From contig JAAYMU010000045.1 in NCBI GenBank assembly GCA_012521215.1, forward strand, positions 2,587-66,586: 64,000 nucleotides of DNA, in the 5' to 3' direction. The notes below the pieces were generated by a model. The model saw only the letters and a list, made by a program, of their open reading frames with translations, had not been told where the DNA came from and searched no databases. Shown here piece by piece: positions 27,351-36,662 of this stretch (position 1 is its first letter; every line of letters begins with the position of its first letter). The stretch comes from Peptococcaceae bacterium. Lineage in GTDB: Bacteria; Bacillota; Desulfitobacteriia; Desulfitobacteriales; Syntrophobotulaceae. The position numbers and the translations under genes were made by a program.

Positions 27351-29675
27351 TTAATTTAAGCCCACTTTTGATTTAGCATAATGCTTATTGACTTCTCGGT
27401 AAAGCTTTCCATACCTTCCAGGATTGTTTAAGGCATCTTGCAAAATAACATAGGCTTCTTCCACCAGCACTGAATCCCGAGTCAGATCGGTAAGCCTTAA
27501 TTCCGGCACCCCATGTTGCCGTAAACCCAAAAGTTCTCCCGGTCCCCGGATCTTCAAGTCTTCTTCGGCAATTCTAAAACCATCTTCAGAGTGGCACAAA
27601 ATATTAAGACGAGCATTGTCGGTCACATTGCTAATTAAAATACAATAAGACTGTTCCTGTCCTCTGCCCACCCTCCCCCTTAGTTGGTGAAGCTGGGCCA
27701 GCCCGAAACGCTCGGCACTTTCTACAACCATGATAGAAGCATTCGGAACATCCACTCCTACTTCGATAACTGTGGTAGTAACCAAGACTTTTATTTCGCC
27801 CTGGCGGAAACGCTCCATAATCTCTTCTTTTTCCTGACTTTTCATTCTACCGTGAAGCAAAGCTACCTGGCTTTGTGGAAAACGCTGTTTTAAAGACTCG
27901 GCAGTTTTAGTGGCCGAAACGAGATCGGATTTTTCCGTCTCTTCCACCAGAGGACAAACAACATAAACCTGTCTCCCCAAAGATATATGTCGTTCCAAGA
28001 ACTTTTCTAAACTGGGACGGTTTCGCTCCGAGATTTTTTTGGTAATAACAGGCTTCCTACCGGGAGGCATTTCATCGAGAATTGAAAGCTGTAAATCCCC
28101 GTACAGAGTCAAGGCTAAAGTCCTGGGGATAGGGGTTGCGGTCATAACCAGAACGTGAGGATTTGTACCCTTATCCTCAAGCATGGTACGTTGCCTGACC
28201 CCAAAACGATGTTGTTCGTCGGTCACAACCAAGGCCAAATTGCGGAAAGCCACATTTTCCTGAATTAAGGCCTGAGTTCCTACGGCAACTTGGGCCTGCC
28301 CGGAGAGTATTTGGTCTAAAATGGTTGCCCGTTCGCTTTTTCCCTGTCCCCCTGCCAAGAGTACCACTTTTAATCCTAAAGGGCTAAAGGCTTTGTCCAA
28401 GGCCTTGTAATGCTGTTGAGCCAAAACTTCCGTCGGAGCCATCATGGCCGCTTGGTAGCCGGAACCAACGGCTTTTAAAATAGCGGCCATGGCCACCACA
28501 GTCTTGCCGGAACCAACATCTCCTTGCACCAGCCTGGTCATAGCCTTGCGACTATTAGCCATATCCCTGAAGATTTCTTTAATTACCCTGGTTTGAGCCT
28601 TGGTCAGTTGGAAAGGAAGAGCGGAAAAAAATCTATTCACCAGTTCACTGCCACCGTCAAGGACAAGGCCGGGAGCTTGTTTTTCCGGTGAGCGCAAAAG
28701 GGCCAAAGCTAGTTGAAGGAAGAGTATTTCCTCTATAACCAACCTCCCCCTGGCTTTCTTCAATGCTTCCGGGGAAGAAGGAAAATGTATTTCCTGATAA
28801 GCTTGAGGGCGAGGCATTAATTGGTTTCCGTTTTCAGGCAAAATCTCCGGATAATACTTTTCGGCTTGCGGCAAAATATTTTTTACTATAGTACGAATGG
28901 TTTTAGATTTGAGTCGCCCGCTTTCCGGATAAACCGGTACAATTTCCTCTAGCGGACCCTCCGTGCTCCCCTTAACAATATCCGTAGCCAATAGTTCCGG
29001 GATTTTGTTTTTCCATTGAACTTTTCCGGTAACCGATACTATGGTCCCGGGGGGAAATTGCTTGGGGATATAAATCTGGTTAAACCAAATAGCATGAATA
29101 TTTTTATGTTCTTGGGCAATATTCAACTTAACTACTTTTATTTTGCCTTTGCTAATCTGACTGCCCACAACCGTACCCACTACCGTGGCCAGTTCATTGT
29201 CCTTCAATTCTTCGATTTTCCGCGTTCTTCTTATTTCATAACGACGCGGAAAATACTTGAACAAGTCTTCAACTGTATTAATACCTATATTGGCAAACTG
29301 TTTAAATCTTTGAGGACCTACGCCTTTCACGTATTGCAAACTCTGAGAGGAGTTATTAATGAGGCTTTTGTTTTCCTGCCCACCTGACTTTGACTCCCAG
29401 CCGTTATGCGCTTCGGTAAAAAGAACACTTAATTTATCTTTAAAAACAGCGAGCAATTCGCGCCTACGGCGAGGGCTGGTCTGACTATATTCTTCAGCTA
29501 ATTTTTTAGCCTCTTCCAATAGCTCCGCTGATAATAACTCACTAAACTTTGGCAAAATATCTAACAAAAAAGAGCTGAAACTTACCATGGCCCCCGTATT
29601 GAGGTAACCTTGCTTTTCTTCAGCTTTCATCGCTTTAGCTAAACTTTTTAAATAATAATCCATCTTTATATACAC
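27351..29675 (-). CDS. recG: ATP-dependent DNA helicase RecG
   Basis: Wedge/OB domain, GDVGSGKT, DEQHRFG and QLHQLRGRVGRG. The likely start is the ATG at 29663 (MDYYLK). Confidence 0.95.
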   Translation of the reverse strand: MYIKMDYYLKSLAKAMKAEEKQGYLNTGAMVSFSSFLLDILPKFSELLSAELLEEAKKLAEEYSQTSPRRRRELLAVFKDKLSVLFTEAHNGWESKSGGQENKSLINNSSQSLQYVKGVGPQRFKQFANIGINTVEDLFKYFPRRYEIRRTRKIEELKDNELATVVGTVVGSQISKGKIKVVKLNIAQEHKNIHAIWFNQIYIPKQFPPGTIVSVTGKVQWKNKIPELLATDIVKGSTEGPLEEIVPVYPESGRLKSKTIRTIVKNILPQAEKYYPEILPENGNQLMPRPQAYQEIHFPSSPEALKKARGRLVIEEILFLQLALALLRSPEKQAPGLVLDGGSELVNRFFSALPFQLTKAQTRVIKEIFRDMANSRKAMTRLVQGDVGSGKTVVAMAAILKAVGSGYQAAMMAPTEVLAQQHYKALDKAFSPLGLKVVLLAGGQGKSERATILDQILSGQAQVAVGTQALIQENVAFRNLALVVTDEQHRFGVRQRTMLEDKGTNPHVLVMTATPIPRTLALTLYGDLQLSILDEMPPGRKPVITKKISERNRPSLEKFLERHISLGRQVYVVCPLVEETEKSDLVSATKTAESLKQRFPQSQVALLHGRMKSQEKEEIMERFRQGEIKVLVTTTVIEVGVDVPNASIMVVESAERFGLAQLHQLRGRVGRGQEQSYCILISNVTDNARLNILCHSEDGFRIAEEDLKIRGPGELLGLRQHGVPELRLTDLTRDSVLVEEAYVILQDALNNPGRYGKLYREVNKHYAKSKVGLN

Positions 29676-29705
29676 TTCAATCTGGAATTAAATGTATTCC
29701 TTACT

Positions 29706-29729
29706 TAGATGCATTACTAGATGCATTAC
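29706..29729. repeat. 12-bp tandem repeat tagatgcattac x2 upstream of recG
   Basis: The copies at 29706-17 and 29718-29 are identical. Each contains the ATGCAT palindrome. Confidence 0.8.
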
Positions 29730-29780
29730 TTTGAGTAAGAGATTCAGGATCCAGGAGCTGTTTCCTGAATCCTGATCCTC

Positions 29781-29814
29781 GATCACCGACTACTCCAGAT
29801 CACCGTCTACTCCA
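29781..29814. repeat. 17-bp tandem duplication spanning the yloV stop codon
   Basis: gatcaccgActactcca (29781-97) and gatcaccgTctactcca (29798-814). The stop codon cta at 29807-09 lies in copy 2. Confidence 0.85.
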
Positions 29815-31519
29815 CGCCCAAAATATAATAATATAAGGGCTGCCGACCTGCATAGATTTCGACTTCGATGTCAGGCTTTTCGCTCTCCAGCCATTCTGAT
29901 AACCGATTAACTTCTTCTTCAGCCATATCTTTACCGTAAAATATTGTTACAATATCCTTTTCCCGCCAATTCATATTTTCCAACACTTTTTTAGCTACTT
30001 CAAATACATCCCTGCCGGTGGTGGTAATTTTATCTTCAATTAATCCTAGAATATCCCCCTCTGCTATTTCCAAGTTCCCAAATTGGGAGTCCCGAACAGC
30101 ATAGGTAACTTCACCGGATACTACTTGTTTTAGAGCTTCAGTCATGGCTTCGACGTTTTCCTCAGGAAGATTATCTGAATTAAATGCCAAGAGCGCCGAA
30201 ATTGCCTGGGGAATGGATTTGGTAGGAATAACATAAACCTGCTGCTTGTCAACTACCTCATTAACCTGACTGGCTGCCATTATAATATTGCCATTATTGG
30301 GCAAAATAAAAACATTTTTAGCCTTCACTTTGAGTACAGCTTCAGCTAAATCACTGGTTGACGGGTTCATAGTTTGCCCGCCGAACACCACCTGCTCAAC
30401 CCCGAGACTACTAAAGATTTCAGCAATGCCTTCTCCCATGGCCACAGCAACAATTCCGTATTCCTTAAAATCAAGTTCTTCTTCAAGTTGTTCTTTAAGT
30501 TGTTCTTCTTGCTGGTCAACTGTGGTTGTTGATAAGTCCTCCTCTTTGGCTTGATGCGCAGCTGCTTCATTTTGAGCAAGCATGTTATGAATCTGTACTT
30601 CATGCAGCGTACCTAATTTTACAGCATAATCGAGAATAAGTCCTGGGTTTTTGGTATGAATGTGGATTTTTACAACCTCTGAAGTACCTACAACCAATAA
30701 GCTATCACCTTTATCAATTAAACCTTGCTTTATTTTTTCCGGTTCAAGGTCATTTCCTTTAACTAAGAATTCCGTACAATAGGGAAAATCCAAAGTGCCG
30801 ACTTCAACAATCCCCGTGGTTACCGTGCTTGGCACCTCATCACTCAAAGTACTTTTAGCTTCAGGCACTTTCCCTTCCAAAGCTGCAATCCAACCGCTGA
30901 TAATCGTGAGAAAGCCTTTGCCCCCGGCATCCACAACTCCGGCTTGCTTAAGAACAGGCAACATATCCGGGGTTTTAGCTAATGTTGCTTCCCCTCTTTC
31001 CAAACCTGCTTTTAGCACCTGTAGAATATCGGATTCGCCGCTTTTGGCTTTATTATAGGCTCCTTTAGCAGTCTCCCGGGATACGGTCAGAATCGTTCCT
31101 TCAATAGGTCTCATAACGGCTTTATAGGCGGTATCTACACCTGTTTGCAAAGCTTGAGCCAGCTGAAGAGCGTTTGCTTGATCCATCCCTTCCAGCCCTT
31201 TAGCTATACCTCTTAATATCTGGGAAAGAATCACACCCGAGTTTCCTCTGGCTCCCATTAAAGAACCCATGGACGCAGCCGCAGCTACATCATGGACGGA
31301 GCCCGTCGCTACCTTTTCCGCTGACTGATACGCAGCACGATAAGTCAAATTCATATTGGTTCCGGTATCCCCGTCGGGTACCGGGAATACGTTCAAAGCA
31401 TCTATGGCCTTTTTCTGTTTCTCGAGTTGTTCCGCCCCACAACTCAACATATTTTTAAATATTATTCCGTCTAAAATTTTAGTGCTGTAGTTTGTTGCAG
31501 TTTTAGAGTCTGTCTCCAC
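29807..31519 (-). CDS. yloV: DAK2 domain fusion protein YloV
   Basis: N-terminal Dak2 motif (DGDTGTNM) plus a C-terminal DegV/YloV-like domain. The Asp23-DAK2-recG order is conserved. Confidence 0.92.
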   Translation of the reverse strand: METDSKTATNYSTKILDGIIFKNMLSCGAEQLEKQKKAIDALNVFPVPDGDTGTNMNLTYRAAYQSAEKVATGSVHDVAAAASMGSLMGARGNSGVILSQILRGIAKGLEGMDQANALQLAQALQTGVDTAYKAVMRPIEGTILTVSRETAKGAYNKAKSGESDILQVLKAGLERGEATLAKTPDMLPVLKQAGVVDAGGKGFLTIISGWIAALEGKVPEAKSTLSDEVPSTVTTGIVEVGTLDFPYCTEFLVKGNDLEPEKIKQGLIDKGDSLLVVGTSEVVKIHIHTKNPGLILDYAVKLGTLHEVQIHNMLAQNEAAAHQAKEEDLSTTTVDQQEEQLKEQLEEELDFKEYGIVAVAMGEGIAEIFSSLGVEQVVFGGQTMNPSTSDLAEAVLKVKAKNVFILPNNGNIIMAASQVNEVVDKQQVYVIPTKSIPQAISALLAFNSDNLPEENVEAMTEALKQVVSGEVTYAVRDSQFGNLEIAEGDILGLIEDKITTTGRDVFEVAKKVLENMNWREKDIVTIFYGKDMAEEEVNRLSEWLESEKPDIEVEIYAGRQPLYYYILGVE

Positions 31520-31567
31520 TTCAAACTTTTCCTCCTACTCATCGTCCTTATTTCTGAGCCCCAGACT

Positions 31568-31939
31568 TTATTCTAGAAATCTTACTCCCTGGACATTAAC
31601 ATTTACTTCAGATACTTTAAGACCTGTCATGGTTTCCACTGTGTAACGGACTCTATCCATAACATTAGATGCTACTTCAGAAATTTTAATTCCATAGCCT
31701 ACAATAATATTTAAATCTATAACAATGATATCTTCCTGAAAAGTAACACTAACTCCTTTGGAAAGGTTTTCCCTTTTCAGCAAACCTGAAACCCCATCGG
31801 AGATTTTACGGGAAGCCATTCCCACCAGTCCGTAACATTCAATCGCTGCCGCACCGGCAATTGTAGCGATAACTTCTTCGGTTATCTCTACCTTTCCTAG
31901 TTTGGTTTCCATAAGTTTTCCCATATTGTGAAACCTCAC
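31568..31939 (-). CDS. yloU: Asp23/Gls24 family envelope stress protein (YloU)
   Basis: KVEITEEVIATIAGAAAIECYGLVGM is typical. The start may be an internal ATG (31924 or 31912). Confidence 0.9.
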   Translation of the reverse strand: MRFHNMGKLMETKLGKVEITEEVIATIAGAAAIECYGLVGMASRKISDGVSGLLKRENLSKGVSVTFQEDIIVIDLNIIVGYGIKISEVASNVMDRVRYTVETMTGLKVSEVNVNVQGVRFLE

Positions 31940-32163
31940 TTCCCCGCTTATATTATATTAAGACTTATTCTTATGGTATAACAATAAATGCCATTTCCTA
32001 AAATTTTAATTAGTTTACAAATAGAATAATATAATAAATAGGTTTTAGTCAAATATATTCATTGCTACCGAAACCAAAGCTTAAAAATATAACTCTAATT
32101 TGGCCAGGTTCTTCTTAAACACTTTTATTAATCAGATTCAGGCTATAAATCAGATTCAAGCTC

Positions 32164-32192
32164 TTGCCATTTCAAAAGACATCTGTTAAACT
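32164..32192 (+). promoter_or_regulatory. Sigma-A promoter for rpmB
   Basis: TTGCCA (32164-69) -N17- TAAACT (32187-92), with TGT directly upstream (extended -10). Confidence 0.5.
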
Positions 32193-32231
32193 TTAGTAGT
32201 GTGATTTTGGGCGTAAAGGAGGTAATAAAAC

Positions 32232-32423
32232 ATGGCTAAAGTATGTGATATTTGCGGAAAAGGAGTTTCTACAGGAATGAAAGTAAGCCACTCCCATATT
32301 CGCTCCAAGCGTACCTGGAAACCGAACCTCCAGCGTGTCCGTGCTGTCGTGAACGGTACTCCCACCCGTGTTAAAGTCTGTACAAGATGCTTGCGTTCGG
32401 GAAAAGTCCAACGCGCTATCTAA
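32232..32423 (+). CDS. rpmB: 50S ribosomal protein L28
   Basis: MAKVCDICGKG...SHSHIRSKRTWKPNLQ is classic L28. Confidence 0.95.
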   Translation: MAKVCDICGKGVSTGMKVSHSHIRSKRTWKPNLQRVRAVVNGTPTRVKVCTRCLRSGKVQRAI

Positions 32424-32451
32424 ATCCTCCGAACAATTAGGGCATTCAACA

Positions 32452-32486
32452 TTAACCCCGGTATTTAACCGGGGTTAATTTATTTT
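32452..32486 (+). terminator. Intrinsic terminator after rpmB (possibly bidirectional with thiN)
   Basis: TTAACCCCGG-tatttaa-CCGGGGTTAA is followed by TTTATTTT. Confidence 0.8.
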
Positions 32487-32526
32487 GGGAATATTTTCCG
32501 CAATTATAAATTCAAGAAACTGGAAT

Positions 32527-33174
32527 TCAAAAGGAATGCATAATGAGAACACATCCCTGCAACACTTCCAGTTTAATCTCGCTCTGTTCAAACACATTAC
32601 TAATACCACGAGTTGAGTTTTGCCATAAAACCAGATTATTCAATTCATAATACAATCCTTGTGTATTTACCTCAGCTTTTTCTGATAAAGGTATTATGGA
32701 GAGAATCTGGCCCTTGGCACCGGCGATTGTTTCTCTACCGGGAAGCATTACCCAAGCCCGAAAGTCTTTATCGACCATAATAAGCTTAAGCCCCTTCTGA
32801 GCAGAGCCAAGCATGATAGCAATATTGCCCAGCAAATGGTCCAACCTCTTACCACCGGCGGCATAGAGTAAAATCTCCTTTTGGGGCTGCCCGTGCAAAA
32901 AACCATGAGCATAATTTACCGCCAACTCTAAATCCGTCTCATCCTTCTCCGAAGGATATTTTATTATCTTGACCTTATTTTCCTCACATTTGGAAATGGT
33001 ATCCAGGGCGACTGAATCTAAATCTCCGATAAGAACGTCAGGAACTATTCCGGCGGCCAGGGCCAGATTGGCTCCACCGTCCGCACAGATAAGCAGATCG
33101 AACTTTTCTTCGCTTAATTTAGCCCTACCCCAAACAGAGTCCCATTCCCCATTAGCTAAAATAGCAATTCTCAT
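32527..33174 (-). CDS. thiN: Thiamine pyrophosphokinase
   Basis: ICADGGAN, IGDLDS and a C-terminal thiamine-binding domain. The position matches yloS in Bacillus. Confidence 0.88.
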   Translation of the reverse strand: MRIAILANGEWDSVWGRAKLSEEKFDLLICADGGANLALAAGIVPDVLIGDLDSVALDTISKCEENKVKIIKYPSEKDETDLELAVNYAHGFLHGQPQKEILLYAAGGKRLDHLLGNIAIMLGSAQKGLKLIMVDKDFRAWVMLPGRETIAGAKGQILSIIPLSEKAEVNTQGLYYELNNLVLWQNSTRGISNVFEQSEIKLEVLQGCVLIMHSF

Positions 33175-33186
33175 GGTTCCTCCGTT

Positions 33187-33855
33187 TTATTGTTGTTCCT
33201 CCCGGGCCGCTTGCAAAATATCATGAATAGCTTTTCCCGGATCGGGGGCTGCAAAAACAGCGGACCCGGCGACAAGGATTTCAGCCCCTGCTCTGCTCAC
33301 CAGACGAGCTGTGTCTGGATTAATACCCCCATCTACTTCTATCCGGCATAGGGGATTTACTTCTTTAAGTATCTCCGATAAAGCCACAATTTTAGGCAAA
33401 ACTTCGGGAATAAACTTTTGTCCGCCAAAACCAGGGTTAACAGTCATAAGCAAAACCATATCCAGCTCTTGCAGGATGTAGGTCAGAACATCCAAGGAGG
33501 TGGCTGGATTTAGGGCTACCCCGACAGTAACTCCTAAGGATTTTATCTGCTGAATAACACGGTGAACGTGTTTAGTGGCCTCTATGCTAACAGTGATATG
33601 ATCTGCACCCGCCTTGACAAAATCCTCCACATATCTTTCCGGATTTTCTATCATCAAATGAACATCAAACTCCAAGGACGAAACCTTGCGCAAAGATTCG
33701 ATCACCAACGGGCCTATAGTTATATTGGGAACAAAATGTCCATCCATGACATCAATATGGAGGATATCTGCTCCTGCTCTTTCCACTAGCTTTACTTCTT
33801 CTCCCAGCCTGGCAAAATCTGCAGAAAGAAGAGAAGGAGCAACGGTTAAAGCCAT
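33187..33855 (-). CDS. rpe: Ribulose-phosphate 3-epimerase
   Basis: PSLLSADF, HIDVMDGHFVPN and VDGGI motifs. Confidence 0.96.
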   Translation of the reverse strand: MALTVAPSLLSADFARLGEEVKLVERAGADILHIDVMDGHFVPNITIGPLVIESLRKVSSLEFDVHLMIENPERYVEDFVKAGADHITVSIEATKHVHRVIQQIKSLGVTVGVALNPATSLDVLTYILQELDMVLLMTVNPGFGGQKFIPEVLPKIVALSEILKEVNPLCRIEVDGGINPDTARLVSRAGAEILVAGSAVFAAPDPGKAIHDILQAAREEQQ

Positions 33856-34002
33856 AATATCCCTCTTTCTAAAATAAAGGTTTGGTTTAATATCTAGCTT
33901 ATCCAGCCAATATAATTTTAAAAAGTAACTAGAATGAATTAATTCTGTGTTTATTGCATAAATCCTTTTTGCCTTTAATCACTACATAAAATTAACGGAA
34001 CA

Positions 34003-34875
34003 TTAATGCCTATTTTCATTGGCGATCACTTCCTGTAAAAATTGGATATAATGCTTATACCTAGAAGATAATATCTTGGATTCAGCCAAGGCTTCCTTAA
34101 CGGCACAGTCCGGTTCTTTGTCATGCAAACAGCTTTTAAAGCGACATGAATATTTATATTTTTCGAATTCGGGAAAATAAAGCTGCAGTTCCTCTCGCTT
34201 CATTTCAGGCAAATAAAGAGTAGAAAAGCCGGGAGTGTCCGCCACTAATCCCCCTTCTACAGGGATTAATTCCACATGACGGGTTGTATGCCTTCCTCTG
34301 CCGATTTTGGCACTGACTGCTCCGGTTTTTTGTTCCTTATGCGGCTGCAGGCAGTTTAAGAGACTGGATTTCCCTGAACCGGAGGGGCCGGCAAAGACAG
34401 TTATGTGGCCCTTGATCATTTTTTTAACCTCATCTATGCCTTTAAGGGTTTTATTAGATATATTTAACACTGTATATCCACATGCTCTGTAATATTCATG
34501 AAAGGGGTCAATTAAGTCTTCTGTCAAATCTTCTTTAGTAAAAATAATAATAGCTTGTAGACCGGCTTTGCCAACTTGAATCAAAAGCCGGTCTAGAAGA
34601 TTATAATCAGGATCAGGCATTTTTCTGGCAAAAACAAGAAAAGCCCGGTCGACATTAGCTACATTAGGACGCACAAGCGAATTACGACGCTCCATCACTT
34701 TTTCAATAGTAGCTTTATTTCCAACTCCGGGTAGAATCAAAACTTTGTCCCCCGGAATAAAATCCTGTTTTTTGACACGAAAACGACCGCGTAGGGAACA
34801 CTCCCATACTCGGTCATCAGCATAAACATAATAAAATCCGGCATAGCCTTTAATCAGTATTCCCTCGATGTGCAT
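34003..34875 (-). CDS. rsgA: Ribosome small-subunit biogenesis GTPase RsgA
   Basis: GPSGSGKSSLLN, a circularly permuted GTPase, and a C-terminal Zn motif (CRFKSCLHDKEPDC). Confidence 0.93.
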   Translation of the reverse strand: MHIEGILIKGYAGFYYVYADDRVWECSLRGRFRVKKQDFIPGDKVLILPGVGNKATIEKVMERRNSLVRPNVANVDRAFLVFARKMPDPDYNLLDRLLIQVGKAGLQAIIIFTKEDLTEDLIDPFHEYYRACGYTVLNISNKTLKGIDEVKKMIKGHITVFAGPSGSGKSSLLNCLQPHKEQKTGAVSAKIGRGRHTTRHVELIPVEGGLVADTPGFSTLYLPEMKREELQLYFPEFEKYKYSCRFKSCLHDKEPDCAVKEALAESKILSSRYKHYIQFLQEVIANENRH

Positions 34876-34964
34876 AAAACTCCTAAACTTCCCCCCTATA
34901 TAACTTTGAACATTTTAAACATTTAAGAGCTCCTAACTTCTGATTCCGGGCCCCTTTTCCGGGT

Positions 34965-36662
34965 TTACGGTGGCGGCCCCGGCCCTTGGGAAACTACAAT
35001 AATAACCTCCGAACCTTGTTTTACGGGCTGACCGGCTTTAGGAACCGTAGTAATCACTATATCAATTGAATACTCATCAGAAGGTTCGGGTTTAGCTACA
35101 ACTACCAAACCGTAAGCTTCAAGGGTTTCCTTGGCTTGAGACGAGGAATAGCCCGAAACGTCAGGCATGACACCCATGGACAGTTCTTGGCCGCTACTAA
35201 CATAAAGTTTTATGGGCGAAGAGGTAGGCCATATAGACTTAGGCCCGGGGTTTTGGCCGATAACGCGGTCTTTTTCAATAACTGTATGTGGCCTGTATTC
35301 GACTGTAATGTTTTCTTCTTTAAATCCTGCGGCTTTAATAATATTTTTGGCATTTTCTAGAGTAGGATTGTTTGTCGTAATATCAGGAAACTCAAGCCTT
35401 TCCGGTCCCTTACTGAGTACGACCGAAATAACCCTTCCTGACTTAACCTTCGAATCGGGCTTATAATCCTGATCAATAATTAAGCCTTCCTCATAATCAT
35501 CACTGAACCCGTACTGAGGATTATCTCCCAAAATTAAATTATATTTCTCCAGTTCTTCTTTCGCCTCGGTTAAAGTCATACCCGTAAGGTCGGGCACTAT
35601 TATATCAGGAACGAAAAAATATTTGCCTATCCCTATAGCTATAGCAGAGCAAACAAGGAAAACCACCAGGGAAATTACTAAGGCCCGCGGAACTTTCACT
35701 CTCTTTTTCTTTTTTTCTCCTTGGTGCCAAGTATCCCCCAGATTCTGGTCTTCTGCTGAAAGTATTTGCTGCTTTAAACCTTTATGAACCTGAGTTCTAA
35801 GCGTATCAGGTTGATCTTCAGACAAATTCTTTTCCCAAATTATAGTCTGACCGGTCTGAATGCGGTCTAGGTCTTCTAAAAATTCTAGGGCACTTTTATA
35901 ACGGTCATTAACTGATTTAGCCAAAGCCTTCATAATAAGGGTGTCAATTTCCGGAGGAACTTCCATACCGATTTTACTCGGCAACTCTACATCCTCCTGA
36001 ATATGTTTCAGCGCAATGGTTATCGGAGTATCTCCGTCATGAGGCACTTTGCCGGTTATCATTTCATAAAGAATAATACCTAGAGAATAAATATCAGACT
36101 GTTCATTTATTGGAGAGCCTTTAGCCTGTTCCGGCGATAGGTAATGCACCGATCCCACAATATCCCCTGTATGGGTCAGGGTAGCCGAAGAGACAGCTCT
36201 GGCAATCCCAAAATCAGTAACCTTTACTCTGCCATCTAAAGTGATTAGTATATTCTGAGGTTTAATATCCCGATGAATAATATGATTAGCATGAGCATGG
36301 GCCAGAGCTTCTGCAATCTGCCTGGCTATTTTAAGGGCTTTTTGCGGGGGCATAGGGGCTTCCTGGCGAATAACATCTTTTAGGGTTGAGCCTAAAACAT
36401 ATTCCATAACAATATAGTCTTCTTGACCGTCTTTTCCAACATCAAAAATAGATACAATATTCTGATGGGACAAGCTGGCCGCAGCCTGAGCTTCCCGGCG
36501 AAAACGCCGGATAAAACCTTCATCGGAAGCTAACTGCTCCCTTAGAACTTTGATAGCCACAGTACGGTTAAGCAATGTGTCCTTTGCTCTATAGACAATA
36601 GCCATCCCGCCTGCTCCGATTCTATCCTCTATCTCATACCTTCCGCCGTACATCTTGCTCAC
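34965..36662 (-). CDS. prkC: Ser/Thr protein kinase with PASTA repeats (PrkC/PknB type)
   Basis: Hanks kinase motifs (HRDIKPQN, DFG), a TM helix and three PASTA-like repeats. Confidence 0.93.
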   Translation of the reverse strand: MSKMYGGRYEIEDRIGAGGMAIVYRAKDTLLNRTVAIKVLREQLASDEGFIRRFRREAQAAASLSHQNIVSIFDVGKDGQEDYIVMEYVLGSTLKDVIRQEAPMPPQKALKIARQIAEALAHAHANHIIHRDIKPQNILITLDGRVKVTDFGIARAVSSATLTHTGDIVGSVHYLSPEQAKGSPINEQSDIYSLGIILYEMITGKVPHDGDTPITIALKHIQEDVELPSKIGMEVPPEIDTLIMKALAKSVNDRYKSALEFLEDLDRIQTGQTIIWEKNLSEDQPDTLRTQVHKGLKQQILSAEDQNLGDTWHQGEKKKKRVKVPRALVISLVVFLVCSAIAIGIGKYFFVPDIIVPDLTGMTLTEAKEELEKYNLILGDNPQYGFSDDYEEGLIIDQDYKPDSKVKSGRVISVVLSKGPERLEFPDITTNNPTLENAKNIIKAAGFKEENITVEYRPHTVIEKDRVIGQNPGPKSIWPTSSPIKLYVSSGQELSMGVMPDVSGYSSSQAKETLEAYGLVVVAKPEPSDEYSIDIVITTVPKAGQPVKQGSEVIIVVSQGPGPPP

